DNA of 64,000 nt from an uncultured Chthonomonadaceae bacterium (GCA_963817895.1 CAWFQB010000005.1:352001-416000), one strand, 5' to 3'. Shown: positions 29,363-40,839, counted from the first letter of the stretch. Notes: generated by a model not told the origin, from the sequence alone. Made by a program: numbers and translations.

Positions 29363-32300
29363 TTAGCGCGGGCGAGTTCCAGTTGCTTGCGCTTTTCTCG
29401 GCGCGGTTCCTGCGGGACGCGGCGAAGCACCGTTGCCGTTGCTGCCATTGCCATTGCTGCCGTTACTTGCTTTGGGCTTTTTGCCGTGTTCGAGGGCTTT
29501 TTCCAGCACGACAAGCATCTCCTCTACCTGCGGCATCACTTTGGGGCCGTTCAGCGGAACGACCACGCCATCGGGGGTGAAGCGGTAGTTGCGGAACGCG
29601 GCGGTGAGCAGTTTTACGGCGTCGGGCGTCAGGCGGATGTTGGACGCGAAGCGGATTTGCACATCGGTTTGCTCGGTCTTGATGCTCGTGATGCCCATGT
29701 TTTTACATCGTAACCGGAGGCGCAGAACCGCCAGCGCGTCCCACACGGGGCGGGGCGGATCGCCGAAACGGTCTTCCAGTTCCGCCTGCAAGTTCTCAAT
29801 GTCCGCAACTGAACGGACGCCGCTCATGCGCTTGTAAAAGTAGATGCGCTCGGCCTCGCCCGGAATGTAATCGCCGGGAATGTGGGCGGTCACGGGCAGG
29901 TCTACCGAGGGCAGAATGTCTTCCGTCACCTCCTCGCCCTTCAACTCCTGCACGGCCTGCGACAGCAGTTGCGTGTACAGATCGAAACCCACGCTCATCA
30001 TCGCGCCCGACTGCTGCGCCCCCAGCAGATTGCCCGCGCCCCGAATTTCCAGATCGCGCATCGCCACCTTGTAGCCGCTGCCCAACGCGGAAAACTCTTT
30101 AATCGCCGCCAATCGCCGTTCGCTGACTTCCGAAAGTTGCTTGTTGCGGCGGTACAGGAAATACGAGTATGCCTGCCGGCTGCTCCGCCCCACGCGCCCG
30201 CGCAACTGATACAATTGCGACAATCCCATGTGGTCGGCGTTGTCAATGATAATCGTGTTCGCGTTGGATACGTCCAGCCCGTTTTCGATGATCGTGGTAC
30301 ACAGCAGCACGTCCGCCTCGTGGTGGTAAAAGTCGTACATCACCCGTTCCAGCTCGTCCTCCGACATTTGCCCATGTCCGATTTGTATGCGCAGTTCGGG
30401 AATGAGTTTCTTGAGATGTTCGGCGACATGCGTGATGCTTTCGATCTTGTTGTGAACGAAAATAGATTTGCCCGTCGCGTTCCAACTCGCGCAGAATGGC
30501 GTCGCGTATCATGTCGTCGTCGTATTCGCGCACATACGTTAAAACCGGAATACGGCCTTCGGGCGGGTCTTCGATCACGCTCATGTCGCGCAAACCGGAC
30601 AGCGCCATGCTCATCGTGCGCGGGTATGGGCGTGGCGGAAAGGGTGAGAACATCTACCTGCGTCCGCATCTGTTTCAGGCGTTCTTTATGCCCTACGCCG
30701 AACCGCTGCTCCTCGTCCACGATAATCATGCCGAGATTCTTGAAACACAATATCCTTGCTCAACAGCCGGTGTGTGCCGATAACAATGTCAACGGTTCCG
30801 TCCTTCAAGCCCTGCAAGGTTTTTTGTTGCTCCTGCCGCGACCGGAACCGACTGAGCAAATCCACTTTAATCGGGTATGCGGCCAATCGCTCGGTAAACG
30901 TCTGATGGTGCTGCGCGGCCAGAACCGTTGTCGGGCATAAGACGGCGACCTGCTTGCCCGCCGTAATTACTTTGAACGCGCCCCGGAGGGCCACTTCCGT
31001 TTTGCCAAAGCCCACGTCGCCGCAAATCAGTCGATCCATGGGTTTGTCTTCTTCCAGATCGCGCTTCATGTCGTTGATGGCGCGGAGTTGGTCGGGCGTC
31101 TCGTTGTAGGGGAACGCCTCCTCCATCTCTACCTGCCAACTGGCGTCCGGGCCGAAGGATGGGCGCTGCGCGGCGGAACGGGCGGCATATAACTGTATCA
31201 GTTCGCCCGCCATTTCCCGCGCCTGATCTCGTACCCGTTTGGTCGCGCGCTGCCATTCCGTTCCGCCGAGTTTGTTTATTTGCGGCGGCGCGTTTTCCGC
31301 GCCCACATACCGCTGCAATCGGTCAATCTGGTCAGCGGGAACAAACAGGCGGTCACTTCCCTGATACTCGACAATCAGGTAGTCGCGCTCCCCACCGCCC
31401 TCCACTTTGCGCTTGACAAGCCCGCGATACACGCCGATGCCGTGATGGATATGGACAACGTGATCCAGTACGCGCAAATCCAGCACGGACGAGATCGCCA
31501 CGCCGCCCGCAACCCGCCGCCGCGTGACAACGGGACGGGCGGCTCCGAACAGTTCCGCGTCCGTCAGCACGTACAGTCGTATATCCGCGATTTTGAAGCC
31601 CGCCCGAAGCCGTCCGTCCATGACAAACAGCCCCGCGCCCGCCCCGATTTTCTGCTCTTTCGGGCGAACGGGCAGGTCCATTTCGGCGCAGATTTCCCTT
31701 ACGCGCTGCGGCTGATCCGTAACCAGCAGAACGCGGCAGTCGTTGGCGAGCCATGTGCCGACCTCATCGGCAAGGGTGGGGAAGCGGCCCCGGTACGAGT
31801 CAATGGGCGCGCTATTAACGGACACGCGCTGCCCGATTTTCACGCCCTCGATATTGCGCCCAAGCAGGGATAAAATTAGCGTGGGATGGCGTGTCAAATG
31901 CGCGAACGTGCCTTCATACGGACACGAATTCAGTTCCACATCCAGCGCCTCGCCCCGCTCCCAACGCCGTTCGCGGCTCAGGGCAATGTCGCCGCTCAAC
32001 CGCTCCCAGTGATCCTTGACCTGATTGGGTTCATCTAAAATCACCACGCCCTCTTCGGCAAGGTAGTTGCAGGCGCACGTTCCCTGCGGAACCAGATAGG
32101 GGAAATACTGCTCCAACCCGTCGAAATACGCGGATTGCTGCAAGGCGGCAACATCTTTCTCAATCCGGTCGGACAGCCGTTCAATGGCTTCCCGCGCTTC
32201 CCGCGTTCCCTCCTTGATGAACACCGCCCGCCGCGCTTCAAACAGGGCGTGGATTTCGGCAAGGGCAGGCGCGAGACGCTCTTTATTCAGGCGGATTTCG

Positions 32301-33058
32301 CGGGCGGGGGCGAGTTCCACGCTGGCCCGCTTTGTGATGCTGCGCTGCGTCGCCACATCGAACACGCGCAGGCTCTCGATCTCATCCCCGAACAGTTCGA
32401 TGCGAACGGGCGCGTCACTTGTGGAGGAAAACACATCTAAAATGCCGCCGCGCCGTGAAAATTCGCCTGGTCGCGTCACCGTGTTGGCAGGCTCGTACCC
32501 CATTTCCACCAGACGATGCAGCACATCGTCCATGTCCATCGAGTCGCCCGCGTTCAACTCAAAAATATGCGGTATCAAATCTTCCGGCGGGCTTGTACGC
32601 TGCAAAACCGCCTCGACCGTTCCAATGATGATGCACGGCTCCCGCTTCGCCAGCAACGCCAACGCCCCGATACGCTCGCCAATCACGCGAAAATCCGTAA
32701 TATCGCCTTCCAAAAACTGGCTTTGCGAGGATGGCAGCACGGCAAGTTGTTCGCTCGGAACGCCAAACCGCGCCAGATCATCCCACAACCGCTGCGCCTG
32801 CTCCTGCTGATAGGTAATGACAAGAATAGGTCGTTCCAGCCGAGTAAACAACCGCGCCAGCGCATACCCCTTCGCCGGCCCCGCCAGTCCCTCAATTTCA
32901 ACGGCGGGGGTTGGTGGGTGGGGCAGGGATGAGGGATGAGGGATGAGGGATAAATCTTCTTTTCCCTCTTCCCTTTTCCCTTTTCCCTGCAACTTCGTTA
33001 CAATATCGCCAAAACCGGGAAGCGCGTCTGCTAATCGGGGCAAGTCATTGAGTGTCAT
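29363..33058 (-). CDS. mfd: Transcription-repair coupling factor (frameshifts near 30745, 30635 and 30455)
   Basis: RRGGILDVF, Car[56 protein letters not shown] and TRCF domain. Confidence 0.96.
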
Positions 33059-33238
33059 ACAAATGTGCCTTTAGGTTCGTTTTTCTTAATTCTACATATT
33101 TCAGGCGCAAATGGTTCGCGTGAGTCGGGGAACCATCCCGGAACAGTGAAGAAAAGCCAGCCCGAAATTTTATTCTCCAATGGTAAGCCGCGAAGTAGTT
33201 CCTCATCCTACAAATATGTGACACCAACAAATACGCTG

Positions 33239-34006
33239 ATGTCCCAACACACTCCATCGCAATCGGATGCGAAAGTATCCACCAGGAACCCCGCAAGGGC
33301 AGAAGGGCAGGCTAAGTTGAACAAGAATGACAGCAGTAACACGGCGGTACTCAATGCCGCTCCCGTGACCGCAAGATCGGTTGATCCCGTCACCTGTACC
33401 ATTGGGCTTGACTCGTTCTTCATCAAGACCACGCGCTCACTTCATAAGGACACTGACTTCGTTACCGTCAGCCTGGCGATTGCCAATCGTCCAACCTTAT
33501 CGCAGACACGCGCTGTGGGCGACGTGGGCGACGGGAACCACGCGCTCAACATGTCCTTTCCCCACGTTTCCATTGCGCCGCATGAGACGGCGGTGTTGAC
33601 GTATGCGATAGTCAACAGCGGACACCAGGACTCGGGCAAGGTGATACAGACCCTTGAACAAGCAATCAAAGATATTGCCACTCTGGGGGCTAAGTTCGCT
33701 GCGTCTGAAGCGGGCGCAGCCCTCGGCGCTACATTGGGCGCTTCCATCGGCACAGCAGCCGTTCCCTTCATCGGCACGGCGGTAGGAGCGGTGGCTGGCT
33801 ACCTGTTAAGCAAGGGCTTCAATCTCCTATTCGCCAACTGCGATGGACCAGTCGCCGCCGCCGTTCGCGCGCTGACATACGATCAGATCAAAGCGGTGGT
33901 CGCAAGTGGCAAGCCGCAGCCCCATACCGACGATCATCCCGGCGTCAACTCGCCTCACGGCTGTGGCGCAAACTCTCACTATACGGTTACATGGTCGGTG
34001 AAATAG
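33239..34006 (+). CDS. Hypothetical beta-rich protein with a central glycine-zipper segment
   Basis: TRSLHKDTD, NCDGPVAA and GCGANSHY.V.W; Gly/Ala-rich hydrophobic stretch; start uncertain. Confidence 0.7.
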   Translation: MSQHTPSQSDAKVSTRNPARAEGQAKLNKNDSSNTAVLNAAPVTARSVDPVTCTIGLDSFFIKTTRSLHKDTDFVTVSLAIANRPTLSQTRAVGDVGDGNHALNMSFPHVSIAPHETAVLTYAIVNSGHQDSGKVIQTLEQAIKDIATLGAKFAASEAGAALGATLGASIGTAAVPFIGTAVGAVAGYLLSKGFNLLFANCDGPVAAAVRALTYDQIKAVVASGKPQPHTDDHPGVNSPHGCGANSHYTVTWSVK

Positions 34007-34268
34007 CGGCTCCGCCGCCTGCACTTTGCAGGAGAACACCTCACAGTGCCGTTCTGTCTCTCCCCTCGCCAACTGCACTGTCGAGGGGAGGAATACGATC
34101 TATGAATTCTTATAATGAAGCTGCGGCTAACGTCTCGGTTTTTCAACAGGTGCCTGGCCGAGCGCATGTCAAATTTTATAATGAGTAAAGAGCTAAGAGG
34201 AATCTTCAAGAATAAAGATGAATAAGCTTCTGTCTTTTAGATTATGGCAGCTTGCGTAGGAGGGTACT

Positions 34269-35570
34269 TTGATGAAGTGGAGTAAGTCGGGTAGGTGCGA
34301 CGTAAGCAAGGCGCGGCGACTACATCGCGGTTTTGCGTGTGTGGCAGGAATGGGCCTTGCCTTATTTTTAATTGCGCCTGCTCCCGCGTATCCGTCCGGG
34401 CAATTGTCACCGGCCTTCCGCTTGCTGCCTGCCGTCAAAGTGGCGCGGCGCGCTCCTCTGCCTGATGCCTTGCGCAACAGCGCCAAAGAGATGGCGCGCT
34501 TACTTTATCTCCATGCTGTGGGCGTTACTCCTGCGGGTGGCACACCCACCAACAGCGAATTAACCGGCAATGTGAACCGGGCCGCCAAGGAACTGGCGAA
34601 ACAGCTTGCCCCCGGTGTTCCGACTGACGATGCCCTGTATTATGATATTTTTGGCGACCTGGGAATGTTCACGCATCTGGTGGAACAAACGGCGCTGCTG
34701 ACAGCCCTGCAGCATCACCAACTCATCAGCGCCAACAACCTGACGACTAGCCTTAAAGAACTGCTCGGCAGTTCGGCGGGAGTGGCGAATTATAACAAGG
34801 TGGCAATCCTGACTGGCAGGCCCCTCCTGTCGAACAATTCCACTCCGGGACGCACTCCGCCCCGCAATCCACAATTTCCCCATGGCCCGCTCGATCCCAA
34901 TCAGATGGGAGGCCCAATCGCTTTTTCGGACAAGGTACCTGATATGGGGCATCCCTTGTTGGTTTCCCGTACTGCCCCTGCCGCCGCTTTATATACGCAA
35001 CCATTCACCTACACCATTCGCTTTGCCAACTTGAAGGCGGCAAGTGTCGGAAACGCCACAACCATTACCATCACGGATACTCTCGACCCCTCCAAACTGG
35101 ACCTCAATACCCTGCGCCTGGGATTAATCACTCTGGAGAATAGCCCCACTGGCGGAATGTCGGTTCTGGGCCAACTAACCCCGCCACCTGCCGCCATCAG
35201 TGACGGCTCGGTGAAAAACTTTGCGTTCTCGGGGGGCAAGGTGATGTTCACGCGCTCAGGTTCGCAAATTACATGGAAACTTATATGTAACCCAAGTTGC
35301 TACCCTGATTTCTCAATCTCGAAGGTTTGGCGCAAAATGCCACTTTCAGAACGCTGCTATCTCAAAAACGGTTTAAGGTAGCAACTTGGGTTATGTACTC
35401 TGGCTCCAGGTTCGGAAGGCAGCGTTTCGTTTCTCGTTACCCCGAGAGATACGCGGCAGCCAGTGACTGAAGACACCATTCATAATGGGGGAGCCGATAT
35501 TCTTTTTGAAGGAAATGGTTTAAGCGACCGCAAACCTACCAAGCCCTGGCTTGCTGTTCCCACACAGTGA
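34269..35570 (+). pseudogene. Secreted protein with a DUF11/DUF7619-like C-terminal domain, interrupted by a MITE
   Basis: Signal-like N-terminus; DPN..YTIRF.N..ITITDTLD; the same frame resumes after the MITE-borne TAG as LAPGSEGSVSF...TIHN..DILFEGN to TGA at 35570. Confidence 0.7.
35290..35391. mobile_element. 102-bp MITE with 15-bp perfect TIRs and a 6-bp TSD
   Basis: ACCCAAGTTGCTACC...GGTAGCAACTTGGGT flanked by TATGTA at 35284-35289 and 35392-35397. Confidence 0.88.
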
Positions 35571-35593
35571 AAACAATAGGGTTCCAGCACAGT

Positions 35594-38500
35594 TCACCTT
35601 ACGCTTTCAAAGGCAGAGAAAAACGTTTCTATATTGTCTGTATCATCGTTGCGCAGGGATGTTAATAGCTGCTCCATCGGCATTATGCGGCCATTCTGCC
35701 AAGCTGCCTCGAACAGATCGGGCGGCAGCAGAGCGCGCGCTGCCGCCTGGGAGTGTTCCCAATCCCGTTGATCGCCGGGAGGCAACAGGATGCGCGCTTC
35801 TTCACGCATTCGCTGAACCATGCCCAGTAGCCGCGCCGAAGCCGCGCCCTGCCCCTGTCCCGCCGCCACGTCTGCCAGCCCCGCCAGCGCATAGGCCAGT
35901 CCGGCGCGTTCCTGACGCTGTTGATACAGGAACGCGCTTTCCAGAAAACATTCCCGCGCTGCTTGCCACTCATGCAGCAGGCACAGGGTCAGTCCCAGCG
36001 TGTTAAGCGTAAAGGGAATGTTGGATGTATCTTCCAGCGCTCTGCGAATAGCTAAACTCTCCATCAGCAATGCGCGCGCCGTTTCACCGTTTCCCTCCTC
36101 GCGCAGCACATTGCCCATATTGTTCAGCGCCATCGCGATGCCGGATTTATCCTCCATCTGACGGTAAAGTTCCAGGCATTGTCGGTACAACCTGCGGGCG
36201 CGCGCATACTGTTGTTCCTCATGCGCCAGAATCGCCAGGTTGTTGAGGACGTATGCGCGGCGCGGCGTATTGCCCTGCTGCTGGTACAGCGTCTGGCTTT
36301 CCGAAAACAGTGTTCGCGCTTGCTGCGTCTCTCCTGCTTGATACGCAAGCGTCCCCATCCACACCAGCGTATCCGCTACACCGATGACATTTGTGCATTG
36401 CCTGTTCAATTGCAGACTGGCTTGGAAAGCAGAACGCGCCTGATCCGCCTCATCCGTTTGCGCCGCCACAATGCCCAGATTTGTCAGCGTGTCCGCGCGA
36501 CCCGCCGTATCTTCTGCAGACCGCAGGCCCAACGCGGACTCCAGAAGTCGTTTGGCTTCCGCGTAGTCGCCCTGTTTCAAGGCCAGCGCTCCCGCGCCAT
36601 GCAGCGCATGAGCGCGAACAGATGGCGCGGCGTTCCGGTTCTGCTCCAGCGCTTTGGCAAGCCATATACGCCCTTCCCTGCCGTAGCCCCGCGCGTTCCA
36701 GAAAGACCACAGCGCGGCTGCCAGCCTCAACCCTTTTTCGTTTTGCTGTTGGCTCTCCTCCTCTCCATTTTGCGCGCGCAGGCTCCAGGCGAGGGCTTCG
36801 CGCAGGTTGTCGTGTTCGGTATCCAGGCGGTCATGCCAGGCCGTCTGCTCCCGGCTTTTATGATAGTGTTCCGCCTGCTCGGCGAGGGTAAGGCAGAAGT
36901 CCAGATGGCGTTCGCGCAACCGATCCGCTTCGCCGCTCTGCTCCAATTTCTCCCGGCCATACTGCCGCAGGATTTCCAGCAGGTGAAAGCGCTCCTGATT
37001 GTGGCGCGTGTCGAGCGCGTGATTTAACAATGATTTGTCAAGCAGGCGCGTCAGCGCGTCCAGAACCGTTTCCCGGGCAATGGCTTCACCCTGACACACG
37101 GCTTCCGCTCCGTCAAGGGTAAAACCGCCGACAAACACGCACAGCCGAGCAAACAGTGTTTGCTCGTCCGGCGGCAGTAGGGCGTAGCTCCAATCAATCG
37201 CCGCGCGCAAGGTCTGCTGACGAGGCGGAGCCGTCCGACTGCCGCCCGTCAGCAGACTGAATACGGCGTCCATTCGCGCCGCAATCTGCTCCGGGGACAG
37301 CGCCCGGATGCGGGCCGCCGCCAGTTCAATTGCTAGCGGCAGGCCATCCAGACAGCAGCAGATATTCGCAACCGCAGGGGCATTGTCGGGCGTAAGGGTG
37401 AAATTCGGCGTGACCAGACGCGCCCGCTCGACAAACAGGCGAACCGCTTCGGACTGCGCGGCTCTGTCAAAGAACGCCGTTTCGACAGAGGCAATGGAGG
37501 AGGCGATGGGAAGGGAAAGCGCAGGCACAGGGTACAGCCATTCTCCCTCGACGCCAAGCGCCTGCCGACTTGTCGCCAGAATTTTCACGCGCTCACACGC
37601 GCCAAGCAGCGCGTCCGCCAGACGCGCGCACGCTTCCACAAGATGTTCGCAGTTGTCCAGTATCAGCAGGAGGGCGCGGGGTTTGAGAAACGCGACAAGG
37701 GCTTCCTGCATGGAAACGCCCGCCGTCGGTTCGCCCACGCCCAACGTGAGAGCCACCGTTTGCGGCAGCAGGGCGAGTTCCGACAATGCGGCCAATTCCA
37801 CCAACCACGCGCCATCAGGGTAGTCGTCCGCGTCGTCTTGCAGAGCGGCAGCCGCAACTCGCTGCGCCAGTCGGGTTTTGCCCGCGCCGCCCGGTCCGGT
37901 CAGCGTCAGCAGCGCTGTCTGTCGCAATCGTTCGCCCGCGATGACACTCTCCTGCTCGCGCCCCACGAAACTGGTGCGCGCGCGCGGCAGGTTGTGGCGC
38001 GGCGTGGCATTCGCAGCCGGGGGCGCGGTGATTTTTGGCGTGAATACGGGGCGCAGGGAGGATGCGGATGCCTGTGCCTTCCGCCGCGCTTCCCTGCGAA
38101 TTTCCCGGTAACATTCCTGAGTCTGCGGTTCGGGAGAAGCGGGTTTGGCGAGTAACGGAAACAGATCGCGCAGCAGCCTGCGATAATCGTGGTATACCTG
38201 AATGGCCGCTGTGTAAGCCCCGCATTTTGCCAGCGCCCTCATCAGCGAGCGATGCGCCGACTCGCGGATGTCATCCAGAGCCATCGCGCGCCGCAAGTAA
38301 GGAATGGCTCCGGCCCAATCTTCGCGCGCGATGGCATCCCCGGCAAGATTCTCCAGAACGGCGAGAAACTTTTCCTGCCGAAAGGCGCGTTCCTCCGTAA
38401 TCCATTCCTCGGAACACTCCTCAAGCAACGGGCCGCGATACAGCGCCGCCGCCTGCTCCCATGCCGCCTGCCCGCCCTGCTTCACCAGCTGATCAAACGC

Positions 38501-38908
38501 GGCCACATCTACGTCGGCATCGTTCAGGTTCATCTGCAGCGTGTGAAAGGTGGGGCCGGTAAGACGATATTTCTGACTACCAAGCGCCTGTCGCAGGTCG
38601 TTGAGGCTGCGCCGCAGGTTATTCGCGGCTCTTTTTTGCGGGTCATTCTTCGAGGCGCGCTGATTCCTGTCGCTTTCTTCCGAGTCCGCGCCGGGCCAGA
38701 GCCTGTCCTGTAGCCATTGGCGCGATACGGGGCGATCATGGTTCAGCGTCAGCAATACCAGCAGCCATAGTGTCGCGCGCGAACGCAGGCGGCGCATTTC
38801 CACGCCATCTACCCACACCTCACAATGCCCCAATAACCGTATCTTCAGCGGCGCGTCGGAGTTTTCCTGAATGTGTTGCTGCGCTTCCTGCATGTGTGCT
38901 CCCACCAC
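35594..38908 (-). CDS. AfsR/SARP-like regulator: wHTH-BTAD-STAND NTPase-TPR
   Basis: IRLLG..LWP, VDVAAF, LYRGPLL, SFVGRE, GPGGAGKTRLA, LILDNCEH, LDGLPLAIELAAAR and C-terminal TPRs. Confidence 0.92.
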   Translation of the reverse strand: MVGAHMQEAQQHIQENSDAPLKIRLLGHCEVWVDGVEMRRLRSRATLWLLVLLTLNHDRPVSRQWLQDRLWPGADSEESDRNQRASKNDPQKRAANNLRRSLNDLRQALGSQKYRLTGPTFHTLQMNLNDADVDVAAFDQLVKQGGQAAWEQAAALYRGPLLEECSEEWITEERAFRQEKFLAVLENLAGDAIAREDWAGAIPYLRRAMALDDIRESAHRSLMRALAKCGAYTAAIQVYHDYRRLLRDLFPLLAKPASPEPQTQECYREIRREARRKAQASASSLRPVFTPKITAPPAANATPRHNLPRARTSFVGREQESVIAGERLRQTALLTLTGPGGAGKTRLAQRVAAAALQDDADDYPDGAWLVELAALSELALLPQTVALTLGVGEPTAGVSMQEALVAFLKPRALLLILDNCEHLVEACARLADALLGACERVKILATSRQALGVEGEWLYPVPALSLPIASSIASVETAFFDRAAQSEAVRLFVERARLVTPNFTLTPDNAPAVANICCCLDGLPLAIELAAARIRALSPEQIAARMDAVFSLLTGGSRTAPPRQQTLRAAIDWSYALLPPDEQTLFARLCVFVGGFTLDGAEAVCQGEAIARETVLDALTRLLDKSLLNHALDTRHNQERFHLLEILRQYGREKLEQSGEADRLRERHLDFCLTLAEQAEHYHKSREQTAWHDRLDTEHDNLREALAWSLRAQNGEEESQQQNEKGLRLAAALWSFWNARGYGREGRIWLAKALEQNRNAAPSVRAHALHGAGALALKQGDYAEAKRLLESALGLRSAEDTAGRADTLTNLGIVAAQTDEADQARSAFQASLQLNRQCTNVIGVADTLVWMGTLAYQAGETQQARTLFSESQTLYQQQGNTPRRAYVLNNLAILAHEEQQYARARRLYRQCLELYRQMEDKSGIAMALNNMGNVLREEGNGETARALLMESLAIRRALEDTSNIPFTLNTLGLTLCLLHEWQAARECFLESAFLYQQRQERAGLAYALAGLADVAAGQGQGAASARLLGMVQRMREEARILLPPGDQRDWEHSQAAARALLPPDLFEAAWQNGRIMPMEQLLTSLRNDDTDNIETFFSAFESVR

Positions 38909-39148
38909 GTCAACAGAAACCAGATTCTTTTAACAAAAGCCAGTTCTGCTATACGCCAGGCTGAAAAGTCAGTCGGCGCAAAAAAATAAGGGTTCGCGGC
39001 TCCGTTTCTCGCTTTGTCCACGAGTTTCCTGCTGTTTCGACTACGACCTGGCGCATAAGCCCCGCGCATACTGCTGTCAACTCATTCGCCTTCTCCTGAA
39101 AGTGGGAGAGGAACCGGGAATGAGGTCTTCAAACGAAAGGTGATAGCG

Positions 39149-40426
39149 ATGTCGATTCAATTTGCCGACCATTCCGATTTTACGCTTCCCGCTCTGCTGC
39201 CGCGTCTGTCCGCGCCCGCTTCCGGCGCGATACAGGCGCGCGAGGCCGTTGCATCTCCTTTGCGCAGAGAAATCGAGCCGTCCACAGCCGAGTCTCTGTT
39301 CTTCCCCGCTCGAACACAGGCCGACACCCTCCTGCGACCGTTTCTGGAAGCCGAAAGCGAATCCGAGGCGCAAAAACACCTGGAAATTCTAATACAAAGC
39401 AAGGCCGCGCCTATCATTGCTCGCGTTGTCCGGCAGAAATGGCAGGTCATTCCTAACCGCGCTTACGGCTCGGTGCAGAAGTATGAGGAACGGGAAGCCG
39501 AAGACCTGTATTCGGACGCGTTGACTCTGCTGCTGGCGCGCCTGCGCGTTTGTCGGGAAGATCGCGCGAAACCCGTGATTACCCATTTTGCCGCTTATGT
39601 CGCTATGACCGCGTCGCGCGTCTGCGCGGAACGGCTGCGCCGTGTCTGCCCGGAGCGCGAGAGCTGCCGACAACGGCTGCGCTATCTCTTGAAAACACAC
39701 ACCGAATTGGCTTTGTGGCGTGATGACTGGGATCGGCCGACATGCGGCGTAAAGGCAGACCAGGGGCGCAATCCCTCGCAAGCGGCTTTACTGCGGCTAC
39801 AGGCATGGGAAACGCGGCGCGGCTCCGCGAATGTTTCCGGCGGGATGCTCACAGGCCTGGAACTTACAAGCCTTTTGGCCTGGTTAGGTGGCCCGGTTTT
39901 GCAGGAAAAGTTGGTTGGAACCCTGTCCACCGTTTTACGGATTGCGGAGCCGACGGATCGCAGGCCGAGTATTGCCAGGCAGGGATTGGCAGACGATGAT
40001 ACCCTGGACCCGCTGGCAGATCTGAAAGAAGCGCGAGTTGAGGTTGCAGGCGAGGTCGAGCAACGCTTGTGCCTGCGCTGGCTGTGGACGGAAATCCTGC
40101 AATTGCGCCCGCGTCAGCGCGCCGCTCTGCTGCTGAATTTGCGGGACGGACAAAACCGGGGCGTTCTCGCACTGCTGGCGCATGCCCACATCGCCACCCT
40201 GACGGAGATAGCGCAGGCCATTGGTCTTTCGGCTGCGGAATTTGGAACATACTGGCGCGCCCTGCCCCTGGAAGATACGGGCGTCGCGGAACTGCTGGCC
40301 TGTACGCCGCAGCAGGTCAGCAACCTGCGCAAAGCCGCCCGCGCCCGCCTGTCGCGTCGCCTCTGTTGCTACGAGCAGGGACTACACTCCACCTGCGGGA
40401 CGACGCCTGAAAGGAGAACCCGATGA
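39149..40426 (+). CDS. Atypical large ECF-like sigma factor
   Basis: Region-2-like AEDLYSDAL..LL.RL...F.AYV; region-4-like EILQL.PRQRAALLL...QQVSNLRKAARARL; large inserts in both regions. Confidence 0.65.
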   Translation: MSIQFADHSDFTLPALLPRLSAPASGAIQAREAVASPLRREIEPSTAESLFFPARTQADTLLRPFLEAESESEAQKHLEILIQSKAAPIIARVVRQKWQVIPNRAYGSVQKYEEREAEDLYSDALTLLLARLRVCREDRAKPVITHFAAYVAMTASRVCAERLRRVCPERESCRQRLRYLLKTHTELALWRDDWDRPTCGVKADQGRNPSQAALLRLQAWETRRGSANVSGGMLTGLELTSLLAWLGGPVLQEKLVGTLSTVLRIAEPTDRRPSIARQGLADDDTLDPLADLKEARVEVAGEVEQRLCLRWLWTEILQLRPRQRAALLLNLRDGQNRGVLALLAHAHIATLTEIAQAIGLSAAEFGTYWRALPLEDTGVAELLACTPQQVSNLRKAARARLSRRLCCYEQGLHSTCGTTPERRTR

Positions 40427-40773
40427 CACTACAATTTACCCTTGAGGACGAGGGCCTCAGCAACGACGACGATGCGGCGGGTCGCTGGCAGTATGAAGGC
40501 GGCAGAGTGTTCGACGCCAATAAACATCAGGTCGCCAACTATGCCGTTACCCGGCGCGTCACGTTCAGCGGCACGAGCGCCCAGAACACGGCCATGCTGA
40601 CCATGACGCTGTTCTTCCTGGGCAAAGCGCCCCCGGAGAACATCACCATGCAGGGTTCACGCGACTTTTCTTCCGGCGGCGAGATTGGCAGCGTAAGCGC
40701 GGCTTCCGCCGCGTTCGCCACCCACATCGGTAAGCAGTTCACCCGCGTCGGCAACATCGTCACCATCGCGTAG
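40423..40773 (+). CDS. Small beta-strand-rich hypothetical protein coupled to the sigma factor
   Basis: ATGA overlap; AGGAG RBS; strong GC3 codon bias. Confidence 0.75.
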   Translation: MTLQFTLEDEGLSNDDDAAGRWQYEGGRVFDANKHQVANYAVTRRVTFSGTSAQNTAMLTMTLFFLGKAPPENITMQGSRDFSSGGEIGSVSAASAAFATHIGKQFTRVGNIVTIA

Positions 40774-40795
40774 CCAACGGATTACTGTTAACATG

Positions 40796-40830
40796 CAACC
40801 GCCCGCTGCTATGAGTGCAGCAGGCGGTTG
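40796..40830. terminator. Hairpin between convergent genes
   Basis: CAACCGCCCGCTGC...GCAGCAGGCGGTTG. Confidence 0.6.
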
Positions 40831-40839
40831 TTATTATGT

